A DNA stretch of 64,000 nucleotides from Sphaerodactylus townsendi (taxonomy: Eukaryota). Numbering within the stretch: position 1 is the stretch's first letter; each line of letters opens with the position of its first letter. The notes under the pieces are model-generated. The model ran no database searches and was not told the DNA's origin. It saw only the letters and a list, made by a program, of their open reading frames with translations. The stretch is from the NCBI RefSeq assembly GCF_021028975.2, contig NC_059429.1, positions 103,726,001 through 103,790,000 of the forward strand. Direction: 5' to 3'. The position numbers and the translations under genes were made by a program. Shown one piece after another: positions 24,472 to 36,027 of this stretch.

Positions 24472-24934
24472 GTGGGTAACTGAGATACATCATGTACAAT
24501 CTTTTTTTGCAGACAACAACTTGCCAGCCTCTTGTGGGGGCGGGAGCGGGGGGAGGGGGGGTAGCAGAGATCCGGAATAACAACTGATCTTCAAACCACA
24601 GGAAACAAATCCCTTGGAGAAATTGACTCCTTTGAAGGGTGGACAAGTCCCTCAAACCCTGCTGTGGCTAGCCTCCTTTGCCAAATCTCCAGGAATTTCC
24701 TAAACTGGAGTTGGCAACCTTACTCTCCAAATCTCCAACAATTACTTAGGGAAAACCAGCTCACTCTCTTTCCCCCACTCCTTCATTTAGTCTGGCTGTG
24801 CAGCCTGTTTCCACTCCCTTCAACGAAGTCAGAAACATACCAGAAAGCATTCAGTACCAGGCTTGCTAACCTCCAGGTACAGACTTCACATGGATGTAAA
24901 TAAGACACAAAATATTAAAACTTTGTTGAAGCAA

Positions 24935-25075
24935 TTTTATTTGTATGCTTACAGTCTTCTTGGTAATTTAGATGGGAAACAGACCTGTAATATTAATATA
25001 TTATTTGTATGTTTATTTATTTGTATGTTTGCAGTCTTCTTGGTAATTTAGATGGGAAAACAGACCTGTAATATT
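24935..25075. repeat. Local tandem duplication (~60-70 bp unit)
   Basis: cagtcttcttggtaatttagatgggaaa(a)cagacctgtaatatt occurs twice. Confidence 0.85.
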
Positions 25076-25491
25076 TACAGAGTTAATATTAGTGATACAA
25101 TTACAAGTTGAATCAAAACATTTTTCCAAGGTAACATGTTCCAGAGAACTCTGAGCTCTTGGTGCCAAGTAGCATGGTTCCCTACCGATTTAAGCAAATG
25201 CTGCCTCGCTGCTATGCCTCTACCAACAGCTGTCTAAAGCCCATTGTATTGTACTTTAGCACAACAGACTTTACTGCTAGTTACACATAATTTCTGTAGC
25301 ACTTTTAATATGCAATGTGCTTTGTAGCATTAATTTTTTAGTCTATGTCCCTGTAACTTGCCATTATCCAAAGTGTACAGATGGAAAACTGAAGCTAAGA
25401 TATTCTTTTCATTTGTAGTTTGCCCTCGCGGAGAACCCATGGCTGAGCTCAGATTTGAATCCCAATCCTTGTGCCAGGATGTACTACATTT

Positions 25492-25495
<4 letters not shown>

Positions 25496-25571
<76 letters not shown>
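25496..25571. repeat. Head-to-head (TG)n / (CA)n microsatellite
   Basis: (tg)n run, then tatatacacata, then (ca)n run. Confidence 0.95.
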
Positions 25572-26375
25572 GCTGCCACCAGGAATTTAATTCCAAATCC
25601 CTTTATACTTTCCCCTGAAATAGTGTGTCTGAGCTTTATAGCAGTTTCGAAGATCTATGTAGTCCTAAGGAAATACAAGTGTGGGACTCCAGGTTACATT
25701 AAACAAATTTAAATTTTTATTTACATATGTTATGTAGCTTAAATGTACAAAACTTGTACAAAAATGTACAAAAAATAAAACATACTGAGACAACAACCTC
25801 TGCAGAGGTGACTTTTCACTTTACATCAATTCACTCTCACTCCTTTACATCTTTGAGATCCTAACAGGATTTGACTCCTTTTCTAATCTCTCACTCCAGC
25901 ATAGATTGACTCAGTCTTCAGTATGGAATAATGTCTCTCTCTCCTCACTCACTCTCTCATTTCAGCACATAATACTTTCTTTCTCTCCAGTTCTGTACAC
26001 ATTCTGGTTCATTTTAGCTCAGACTGATCCTGTCAGTCTACAGCAGAGACTGCCATCTCTCTCTCAAAGTTAGCACAAACTTTCTGGCTCTCCCCCTCGG
26101 TTAAGCACAGAATCTTCCTCAGTCACTCTCCAGTGCCATCCACTCACTTCTCTCTCATCCCATTTTACTCCCCTTTCTTCTACAACTTGCGTCTCAACTT
26201 GCACATAACAGTTTTAAAAGTTACGGTCCTCTAGGCTAGAGAGGAGCATTTCTAAGATATACAGAAATATCAACAAATAACCATTCTGCAGCCCTTGTTT
26301 GTTGTCCAGTCTTTTTGAGCCAACTTCTGCAACAACCATTGGCAGTCACTCTTCAAAAAGTCTCTTCTCTTTCAG

Positions 26376-26484
26376 ATCCCTTCATGCCTTATCTTACAGC
26401 TGCCAAGGTTTGGAAAGGGGTTCAAAACATTCCCATCAGTGTATCCTTCTCTAGAGCTTGACCTGACAGACTTGGTGGACCAAG
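26376..26484 (+). CDS. CYLD-like coding exon 8
   Basis: IPSCLILQLPRFGKGFKTFPSVYPSLELDLTDLVDQ vs CYLD [36 protein letters not shown]. Confidence 0.95.
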
Positions 26485-26633
26485 GTAAGCAAGCTTGTAA
26501 GCATAGCCAAAATTTTATGCTAGTTTAATCTAAGAGTGCTCCATTGGCTTTTTATCAAAGTAAAATGTTGGTACTACAGCAAAGCAGTCATCCTTGAAGG
26601 CAGTAACAAACCTGGGTCCTTGTATTATTGTAG

Positions 26634-26749
26634 CTTCTCAGACTTGTTGTGCATGTAGTGGGCAAGCACCGTATGAATGCTCATGGTGCCACTTGGATTC
26701 CTTCCTGAACCCAAGCCACTTGAGACCATTGAGAGGAATTGCTAAGAAG
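26634..26749 (+). CDS. CYLD-like coding exon 9 (B-box insertion, degenerate)
   Basis: SQTCCACSGQAPYECSWCHLDSFLNPSHLRPLRGIAKK vs CYLD [39 protein letters not shown]; tgtag/gtagga, phase 1-0. Confidence 0.9.
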
Positions 26750-27322
26750 GTAGGAACACCATACAGTTCACCTGAGGGTGGGAATTGCAGGGGGAAAGGG
26801 AGGGCTCTGGAAAGGCATGAGGAAAGGTCACTTGCAGATATGGAGCCAGCCAAATGGCTAATTTCATCTTAGCCTCTCTAAGGCTCCAGATGCAGTTGGC
26901 TTGTTGTCTGGCAGACAAAGAATGATTAGGTACCTACCATTTTCATACAAAAGGCAGCTGCTGTTCTCAGTAGGAAATGGCATCAGTCACCTGCTAAGTT
27001 TCATATAGCTGTTACAAGTGTAGGAATCCCACCAGGAAAAGGGTACAGCCCTATTCATACAGCCACGGGGGTTGAGCAGATATGAGTTCGAACAGAGGGT
27101 GAATCCCCGTTCTACCATGAAAATGGCTGGGTGACCTTGGGCCAATTACTCTCAGTTTAACCTGCCTCATAAGGTGACTGTTGTAAGGATAAAATGGGAG
27201 AGAACAATGTTGTAAAGAACTTCGGGTCCCCATAAGGGACAAATAAAGCTTCTACAATTCTTAAATTTCACATCCCCCCCCCCCCTCGAAACTCCTGACT
27301 GTTGTCTCCTCATTTCTTCCAG

Positions 27323-27512
27323 GTACCTCCTCATCAGCCCAGACAGAAGTATTCCTGCATAGGACAGGAACTCAATAGCTCCTCTACTAAGTCGCAAATA
27401 TTGGAGTTGTTTGCAGTTTTGTGCATAGAGAGCAACCATTATGTGGCTTTTGTTAGATATGGAGCTTCCAGACAATCCTGGCTTTTCTTTGACAGCATGG
27501 CTGGCCGATTAG
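27323..27512 (+). CDS. CYLD-like coding exon 10 (His box)
   Basis: [36 protein letters not shown] vs [40 protein letters not shown]; His at 27437-27439, Asp at 27491-27493. Confidence 0.96.
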
Positions 27513-28627
27513 GTAAGGCAGCATCTTGGGGCTGGTTTTTAACAGGTCCAAAGAGCTTATGTTTTTGCAGGTTATAAAACGAAACCAACTGGCACTGACC
27601 ACTGGATATTTAATTCAGATTTGCGCCCCAGGACTCTGCCACCAGCCTTAGTTCTCCAGAATTTCACTTCAATCATTAGATGAGTCTCTCTAGCAGTGCT
27701 TGAGAACAAACATGATTAGTGCTTTACTGTAAACAAGTTTCCTCCACATTCTCAATGCAATTTAATAAAAAGAAATACAAAAGGTGAAAGGAAATAGAAA
27801 TGTAGTTGGAATACGCACACTTCAGGACAAGAAGAGTAAACTTAGACTGGGGCTTTTGGGAGAACCAGGATGGGTTCCCACACTGTATGACCTTTATGAA
27901 CAGTATAGGCTTAGTTTAGTCTGTGCTACTTCACTCACCTCCACCCTGCAAGCAGGCACAGGCAACAGGAAACCCCAACACAGACTTTACTGGCTACACA
28001 GGAAATCCAAGGTTTTTTTGATGAGTGACATTCTCCCTGCCTCCTCACACCCTTCAAGGATGAAGTAGGGATATTTCTCTAAGGACCTACGAATGCATCC
28101 AGCCACGTCTTGGGGGGATTCATATAGAACTACATTCTGATTAACAAGGGACAATCCGAGCCTTGGAGCAGCTTGTTTATGAAGTACATCCTGAATGTTT
28201 GAGCAATATTTTGCAGCATGGGAAACTTATGGAACGCTCCATTAGTGTCTAGCTCCTATTGGTATAATGCCTGAGGATGCCAAAGGAGGTACATTCCTTT
28301 ATGCTTAGCCTGGCATTAATTTATTCAGGCAAACCAGGGGTCTTCAAGTTTTCCTTTAATCAGAGCTACTTCTGAATAATGAAAATAGCCTGAGCTATGC
28401 CCCAAAGCATGTTACCAAGTTTTGTTCTGTCCTAGCAATAGGGGAGACACTTGATCTAGACTTAATTTAACTGGGTGTTTTCTAGTTTTCCTATTTAAAT
28501 TAACCCTAATATTTTCATCCAAAGCACCGATAAACCTTACTCAGCTCCTTAGTAAATGGATGTTTCTCAGCATAACAATGACCTTTTCATTATTCATACC
28601 TTTGTAACTGATCGTGTATTTCTTTAG

Positions 28628-28824
28628 AGAAAGAGAATGGATCACACATCCCCTTGGTAAAGGCATGTCCACAGCTTGGACACTATCTGGCAATGGCACC
28701 AGAGGACATTTCTGCTGTGGATATCAAGCAAATGGATCAATTTTCCAGAAGACTCTTTTGTGATTCGTATACATTCATGTACCAACGACCAAAATTCAGC
28801 TCTTACAGATGTGAATTCAGATAG
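28628..28824 (+). CDS. CYLD-like last coding exon
   Basis: ENGSHIPLVKACPQLGHYLAM...RRLFCDSYTFMYQRPKFSSYRCEFR* vs CYLD [21 protein letters not shown]...[21 protein letters not shown]; TAG at 28822-28824. Confidence 0.95.
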
Positions 28825-29260
28825 TAAGATCTCTCCTTACAGTTTCCAGCTCTTGGGAAGAGAGAAGTTGAAAGCATGTCTTTGCCACTAACACATTACA
28901 ATGAGAAATATAGCCATTTAGAGAACATGGCTTTTTCATGGTGAGATTCATCTTTATGAAAATTGCCGGGCAAATAACAAATGGATGTTTTCATGGGACT
29001 AGATTTTTTTTGTCCTTCCAGCAGCAAGTGAAGATCTATATATATTATCCAAGACCATGACGTGAAATTTGTTTGGTTTACCTTCTGTTCTACACTGCAA
29101 TTTTGAACTCATTCTGCTTTTTTTATTTGCTGTTCGTTTGACATTTTTTGTATTTTACATTTTAGTATATTTTACTTTTTTGATGTTAATTATTCTGAAT
29201 ATGTTGATAGTCATCCTGTGAATCACTTTTCTGGTTGTATGACAAAATACAAATGTTTAA

Positions 29261-29266
29261 AATAAA
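29261..29266 (+). terminator. Candidate polyadenylation signal of the CYLD-like gene
   Basis: AATAAA ~440 nt after the stop, following a U-rich 3'UTR-like tract. Confidence 0.5.
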
Positions 29267-31371
29267 ATCCACCCTTAGGTTGCTCATTAACTCACCCAGT
29301 ACATTTTCCAACCATGCAGCCCCAGGTATATGGGGTCAGGTTATAGGAGACCCCTGACAGAAAGGCATTCTTCACATACTCCACAACACTCATCCCAGAG
29401 CTAACTCTTTAGCATTCAAAATAAAGGTTTGAGTCTACACTCAAATAAAGGCCTGTGCTTGCCACAGGAAACAAAACCTCTAAAGAGGTTTTTTGGTCTG
29501 CAGATATGGTTTAAATAACGTTAACCTATTTTCTTTGTCTATATGACCCAAATACAAGGCACAGTAGGATTAAATTTCTTGGTTTTGGACAAATGCTGAC
29601 ATAATGCTAAATTAAGCACATCTATGGCTGGACATAGTTACAACCAAGCGCTTCCATTCTTTCTTGAAGTCAATAGACCCATTTAATTATCAGTCCTGAA
29701 GCTTTAATATTCAGATACGAAAGAAAGCTAATACAAATGAAAAAGCCATACCGACATTATAACCACATGACGTTTATTAGAGCATGTTCATGTATAAAAT
29801 TATCTAATATAATGGTTGAGTGACTGTAGCTTTTAGTAAACAAAATCAGATGCTGACTGAGAAATTTAATTTAAATGCTAGCAGAAATCAAGTTTTAGGG
29901 AGAAGAAGAGACTAATCCACACAACATATGAGTAGACTGAATGTAAAACTATTCAGTAAGTTGGCAACAAAGACCTGCAAGAAAAGCCCTAATAATGGCT
30001 CTCAGCACCTATAGTACTTCTGCCTTTCTTATGACAGAATTCTCCTCCGATGTTAGAACTCAGCAGTGGGGAGGGGGACAAGATAAGATTTGCAGTATCA
30101 AGAAAGTTAACTCAGAAAGCAAAGTAGGCAAAAAGAGGGTTTAACAGAGGAGCAAGGATAACGACAGAATCCATCCACAGTGTATTAAGACTCAGGTCAA
30201 ATTCTCACCATAAGGCAGTCTTAAGACAACCCTCCTTCCTCTTCCATTTAATCTTCAATTAAGATTAGAACAGCTAAGTCTACCTCTTGAAAACAGCCAT
30301 GTAGATAGTCTTGTATGTATTTTTAAAATATTCCTGGAAAAATCTATGAATAAGAACCATAAGTAGCCTAAAATACTGCATAGCCCCTTATGCATTATTA
30401 TTCTCTACAATACTTATAATCACTAAATCAAAACGGTAGCCCAATCTATTTCCACTGCGGAATAGTTCCATGTACAAGACGTTAGCTGCCTTCATTATAT
30501 TAATTTTTTTCAATTATTTATTAAAACTGGAAACTGAGTGGGTTTGTACTCCAAATACCTGTAGAAACCTCTAAGTAACTAAGTTCTTAAATATGTCTTG
30601 AGTAACTTTGTGCATTTAGACCATGGAACTCTGAGGTAGGCTCTGAGAAATTAATTAGTTGGCTAATTGAAACATTAAGGTGCTCTTAACATTGTGACTT
30701 TTTAGAGATTATACAAACAAACCAGGCATACTCAACAATCATCAATAGGAATTATAATCTCAACGTTTTTAAGAAATAATCTCAAGATTCTGGTTATAAC
30801 CAAACTAAGAAGCCCTCAATGACCCAGTTAAAAATATTAATACTTAATACAATCAGTTTACTGAAATCAAACCTTTAATTTTCTTAAAATAAACTGAAGA
30901 CAACCATCAAATTCTGTGCTCAATAATAAATTCCATAGCATTTTTCTCCTGCCAAGAACTTTATGGTGGCTACAGTTTTAAAACTGTATGTTGTCAAATG
31001 GAAGACAAGTCACAAATTGAACAGATCTCATTTGGAGAGGGCAACATAGTGGGCATAAGTTAATTACTAAGTTCCCCCTTTAGCAAACAGAGGTTGGTTG
31101 TCACTGTAGTGGATAAGGTCACAGAAAGGATTAGAAGATTGAACAGTCTTGAACTGCTTAATATTGTGATGGCTTTTTTAAGTTCCAGAAAAGCAACACT
31201 TTAAAAAAATCAACCCAGATTGAATTTCTCTTCTCAGAAGCCGTGAAGCTTGTCCCATCTCCTCGGACCTTGGGTAGAAAAGCAGGCTTATTTTACCTCC
31301 ACCCAGTCCATCAGAGGCGATTTCTTAAAGTGTTATTTGATCTCTTATGACAACTGATTTGGCTTATTTTA

Positions 31372-31413
31372 TCAATCATAATGGATGGCAGTGAAGAAGA
31401 TTATCCAGACAAC
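31372..31413 (-). CDS. RAB5IF: RAB5IF (OPTI/C20orf24) coding exon 4
   Basis: VVWIIFFTAIHYD* matches the RAB5IF C-terminus; ctag acceptor. Confidence 0.95.
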   Translation of the reverse strand, partial: VVWIIFFTAIHYD

Positions 31414-32399
31414 CTAGATGGGAAAAAAGAACAGCAACTTCAGCAAGAGCCTTTACTCCTTACCAGCACATTGTCCCTAAAACAATCCTATTTTGTTTTC
31501 CTCTGCTTTGAATAACAAAATTTTACCACAGTCCTGTGGCCAGGAAGAAACATAACAAGAGTCAGCAATCCTGCTGTTAGAAGTTACACTGTTTTCCGTA
31601 GTGAAGAAGAACTACTTCTCCTCAGGTGTCCATTTCTACGAGGTACACTGGGACAAAAAAAAAGTGTGTGTTTGTGTGTGGAGTTAGTGCCATGTTTAAA
31701 TCCAGAACTTAGCTGGAACTTAAGTGACATAATGATCTAATCTTCTTAATAACTGGCAAGGCAATACTACTGTTACTTCTGTTTAAGCCCGCTGGCCTAA
31801 TTCTGCATAGGACAGCATTATAAAACACATGAAAATCAATTTGCATCGCTTTACCATTTGTATTTTGGATACTTTGCACAGTCAGTAGAGTCAAATGGCA
31901 AAGTTTTTTTGACCTGCAGTTCAAAGAGGTACAGGACAAGGATGTCACTTTTTAACAATTCCCATCAACTCCATGTACACAGATGTGTCAAGGAGAAAAC
32001 TGGGATGAGTTTAGTATGTGCGAGCAAGTTTTTTTGACAGGAGAGCATACACACAGATATATATACAGATGAGCACAAAAGCATAATCAGCTTGAAGTGA
32101 GTATGCTTTTGTGCTCATGCATACATAAATGTGTGTGTGTGTGCTCCCCTGTCAAAAAAAACTTGCTTGCCAGGAAAATCTTTGCTTACCCAATTCTTCT
32201 AATGTACCTATCAACCACTATGACAAAAAATACATACAACTCCCTAAAGCTGCAATCATACTGTGCAACTCATATTTTTGTTGCCTCACTTCTCTGCCCC
32301 TTTCCCCACTAATTAATTCTTAAGTCTCTGAAGTGATCTGCTCCTTATTTTATATGCTAGATCTGTTCATAAGACCTTATATCTATAAATACACATTAC

Positions 32400-32529
32400 C
32401 AAAAACAGTGCAAAAGATGTCATGAACCCTTCCTTTGTTAGCTCCCATGTTCCTCCATACTCCTCTTCATCTATCTGTTGGAAGCTACTAAAATAGAGGT
32501 ACAGGACACCGGCATTTATGAGGCAGAAT
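32400..32529 (-). CDS. RAB5IF: RAB5IF coding exon 3
   Basis: FCLINAGVLYLYFSSFQQIDEEEYGGTWELTKEGFMTSFALFL; ttcag/gtaatg. Confidence 0.97.
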
Positions 32530-32618
32530 CTGAAGAGGAAGAAAATAACAGTGATTTACAGCCATCATCTTAAAATTACAGTGTGAAAATATTAAAATAC
32601 TTTAGTTATGATCTATCG

Positions 32619-32755
32619 CAGTGGTGGCGAACCTTTGGCACTCCAGATGTTATGGACTACAATTCCCATCAGCCCCTGCCAATTGGCCATGCTGGAAGGG
32701 GCTGATGGGAATTGCAGTCCATAACATCTGGAGTGCCAAAGGTTTGCCACCATAG
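32619..32755. mobile_element. Palindromic hAT MITE
   Basis: Same family as 2292-2437; further copies at 46950-47095 (TSD CCCTAGGG) and 49173-49302. Confidence 0.85.
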
Positions 32756-33672
32756 CTCTATCAGGAAGATAACCCCTGAAAACCTCACTGGAATTGGGAC
32801 CACTATTCCCGTGCATTTCAATGTGACATGTATAGGAGATTTTCCTGGTGGCCTGAAGCCCATATGGCAGACAGACAAATCGACAAGAAGAGCTACGGCA
32901 AGCACCACCTAGAAATCCTGAAACATTCTGCTTTGTAGAACTGTAAAGCTGGCTAAGTTGGATACATGAAATGCATGCAAGGTCTCTGGATACATGAAAT
33001 GCATGCTACTTTGTTTATTAACTACAGTTAGCACTCTCTACTGATTACTACTTATAACAACATGTTGCTAGAAATGGGGAAAAACACGAATTTCCAAGAT
33101 ATCAGCATAACTGCTTAGCCTAAGCTACCATTTTGAGCACAAACGTGTACGGAGTTGAAAAGTATAAAGACCTTAGGTATCAGAGTGACAGTCATCCAAG
33201 ATTTCAATTTTGCTCTTCAGACACAAGTGGTTGAATCCAAACTACACTGGCAATTTCCACTGATTCTTCTTCTTCATTACAGGCACCCCCCCTCCCCAAA
33301 TGTGTCATTCCTCAAGATTCCCTATCCTCCAGGAACTACATTTAATTGAGATCATGGGCAGAAGTTGAAGATGGGAAGCAGGAAAGTTCCATTCTGTCAC
33401 TGGAAAATTTAGGTTGGATCTGACCCTGCTTTTAATGGTTACAAATGCTACAAGAACCCACTGACATTGTGACTTCCCTGAGCAAAAAATTAGTCACCTT
33501 TTCATGCTTCTGTTATGCAAAATCCAACGCAAGAAGACCGCAGACTCTCACAATTAAAAAGTTGCTAACTTGCAGCAATTTACATAGAGGATTTCTATCA
33601 CCTTACCCCTTCAAGTGTTTAATGTACTTATTGCTACAAATGATACCTTATTTTAAAAAAGAAAAAACTTAC

Positions 33673-33776
33673 ATTGCTATGCCTATAAATCCCTTTAGCG
33701 GAACAATGCCCCAGATCACTCCCAAAATAACAGCAATGATCTGCCGGAACCAATAAATCACATCTAGAAACTCATC
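33673..33776 (-). CDS. RAB5IF: RAB5IF coding exon 2
   Basis: DEFLDVIYWFRQIIAVILGVIWGIVPLKGFIGIA; ctgcag/gtaag. Confidence 0.97.
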
Positions 33777-34714
33777 CTGCAGAGGAAAGACAAGTTCAAA
33801 ATTTGTTATTTCTGAATACGCCTATAATTCATACACATACCTTCCCAAGTGATTCCTGTGTGAACAGAAAAAAACAGGTTTTGACAATACCTGGACTCCC
33901 TTGTCTTCAGGGGATAGTTATTACAGACATCCCTTCCATATTATGACTTTCCCCACTGCAGTTCTGATATATCGCAGGTCAATTTAGGAAATTAAATGGG
34001 AATTTGGGGGGGAGTTATGTGGAAGCCACAGATGACGCACAAAGGCCCCTCTTCGTGGGGCACATTTCTAGCCGGGGGGGGGGGGTGTGAGCGGGCGGGG
34101 GGAGGGAGGGCGAGCGAGCGAGCAAGTCGGCGGGGGAGCGGACGGGGGGGCGAGCGAGTGGGGGGGGTGTGAGCCAAATGGCTCTTTGGTGGTGAGCCAA
34201 ATTTGGTAGTGAGCCAAATGGCTCTTTGAGGGGAAAAGTTTCCCGACCCCTCATTACTCAGTGTTACGGTGTGTGTTTTAGTTGGTTATAACAGGTTGAG
34301 CCTAGTTATTGTATTACATTTTAAAAGAAAAACTAACCAGCTATTCCCACAGAACTTCCCTCCATTAAGAAGTCCGTTCTTGAGGCCCTGACGAAGGTAA
34401 GAGTGACTCTCATTACCCCTCGATCTTGTTGGTCTCTAAAGCACTACTGTACTCAACTGTGGACCAACCCGGCTGCGCTCTGGGACTTCCTTAACAAGAC
34501 AGACTCCCAAGTCTCCTCCCTTCGGAGACTTCATCAAATGTCAGGACGGCCATGTGGCCTTACAATCCCTCCACTCAGCCGTCCCTTCTCCCCTTGTGGG
34601 GCGCCCAGGGCTACCACTCCCACCGCGCCCCTTCCCGATCGTGGCCCTCTCTCTGCGGAGGTCGCCGCAGGGCGAAATCTCCCCTTGCTAAATACGTCCC
34701 GGGCCCGGCCTCAC

Positions 34715-34858
34715 CTTGTCCTCCCAGGCGGAGTCGCTCCGCAGCGCCTTGCTCCACAGAGAGCCCCGCAGGACGCCGCCGTTGGCCACCGGGTGGTGCT
34801 GCTGCTGCTGCTGCTGCGGGTGCGACGTCTGATCCTCCTTCCGCCGGCCGCCGCTCAT
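34715..34858 (-). CDS. RAB5IF: RAB5IF coding exon 1
   Basis: MSGGRRKEDQTSHPQQQQQQHHPVANGGVLRGSLWSKALRSDSAWEDK vs human MSGGRRKEEPPQPQLANGALKVSVWSKVLRSDAAWEDK; GTGAG donor; four exons total 420 nt = 139 aa. Confidence 0.96.
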
Positions 34859-34879
34859 CGTCCCCCACCAGGCCCCGAA

Positions 34880-35100
34880 CGCAGCGCGATCACGGCACGG
34901 AAGCCACCCGCACACCCACGGAAGTCCCGGCCCCGCGGCCTGGCCAATTGCGGCACCTTTAGCCACGTGCCTTTCATCACATGAGGTGAGCAGACTACGG
35001 CACGCGAAGAAGGCCATGCCGAAACTGGCGTTGCTGTTTGACTTGATAAACGCCGACTTGTGGCAAGGACTGAGATGGCGACTAAGAAGGACCATCACTT
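34880..35100 (-). promoter_or_regulatory. RAB5IF CpG-island promoter
   Basis: Two CGGAAG ETS/GABP-type sites (~34898, ~34919), CCAAT (~34944), CACGTG E-box (~34964), CpG-rich. Confidence 0.7.
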
Positions 35101-35531
35101 TGCAGCGCTTTTGTATCTTTCCAACAGTCGCGCCAGGAGCCAGGAGGTTTAAAACCGGCACGTGAAGCTTCAGAGAGAGGCAGCCCCTCCATACCAGTCT
35201 TGGGAGGCAACTCTGGGGGAAGCTTCCATGCCCTATTTGTTGATCCTCCAGCCAGGGCAACTGGCTTGGTTGCTGTGTGATGCAGGATGCTGGGCAGGAT
35301 GGGTCACTGGGATGACCCCACAGGACACCTCCTGTGTTCTTATTGGTACAGTCTAAAACTACGGGCTGGCATGATGTTTACTCAGAGTCAAGATCTACCG
35401 TGTTCAGCAGGACTTTTTCTCAAGTATTTCCTGCAGTACAGGGGGTTCGACTTAATGGCCCTTGGGGTCTTTTCCAATTCTATGATTCTATTGTTCACTG
35501 TGAAGTTAAACAGATTGGGATCCCTTGAGGG

Positions 35532-35797
35532 CAGGGGTCGGGAACCCGCGGCTCGCGAGCCGCATGCGGCTCTTCCGCTGCTGTTCTGCGGCTCTATGAG
35601 CGGAGCCGCCGGCCCCCTATTCACCCGCCCTGCAGGAAGCAGGGCGGGCACATCTCTAGCCCGTGGGGGGGGGGGTGAGCGGTGGGAGGGAGGGCGAGGG
35701 AGCAAGTCGGCGGTTGAGCGGATGGGGGGGGCGAGCCAAATGGCTCTTTGGTGGTGAGCCAAATGGCTCTTTGAGGGGAAAAGGTTCCCGACCCCTG
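35532..35797. mobile_element. Non-autonomous hAT element
   Basis: TIR CAGGGGTCGGGAACC, perfect 8-bp TSD CTTGAGGG; longer inverted copy at 40614-41042 (TSD CACTAGGG), partial copy at ~34050-34251. Confidence 0.9.
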
Positions 35798-36027
35798 CTT
35801 GAGGGTCACCAAAAGGCAAATCCCACCTTTTGTGTAGCAATTGCTGATCAACCCTCAAATGGACAGGAAAGGCAAAACTGAAACCGAACACTTTGCACAC
35901 TCAGGAGCGGTCCCTAATCATTCACCCAACTGGGCACACAGGTGTAAGACACTACATAAAGCACCTGGCATCCCCCAGCACTTATGGCATAGACCTCAGC
36001 CACTAGTTCAAACACTATATGTTAACA

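Noticed and set aside
34944-34967. ER-stress element (CCAAT-N9-CCACG) in the RAB5IF promoter
   Set aside because: The spacer is 14 nt, not 9
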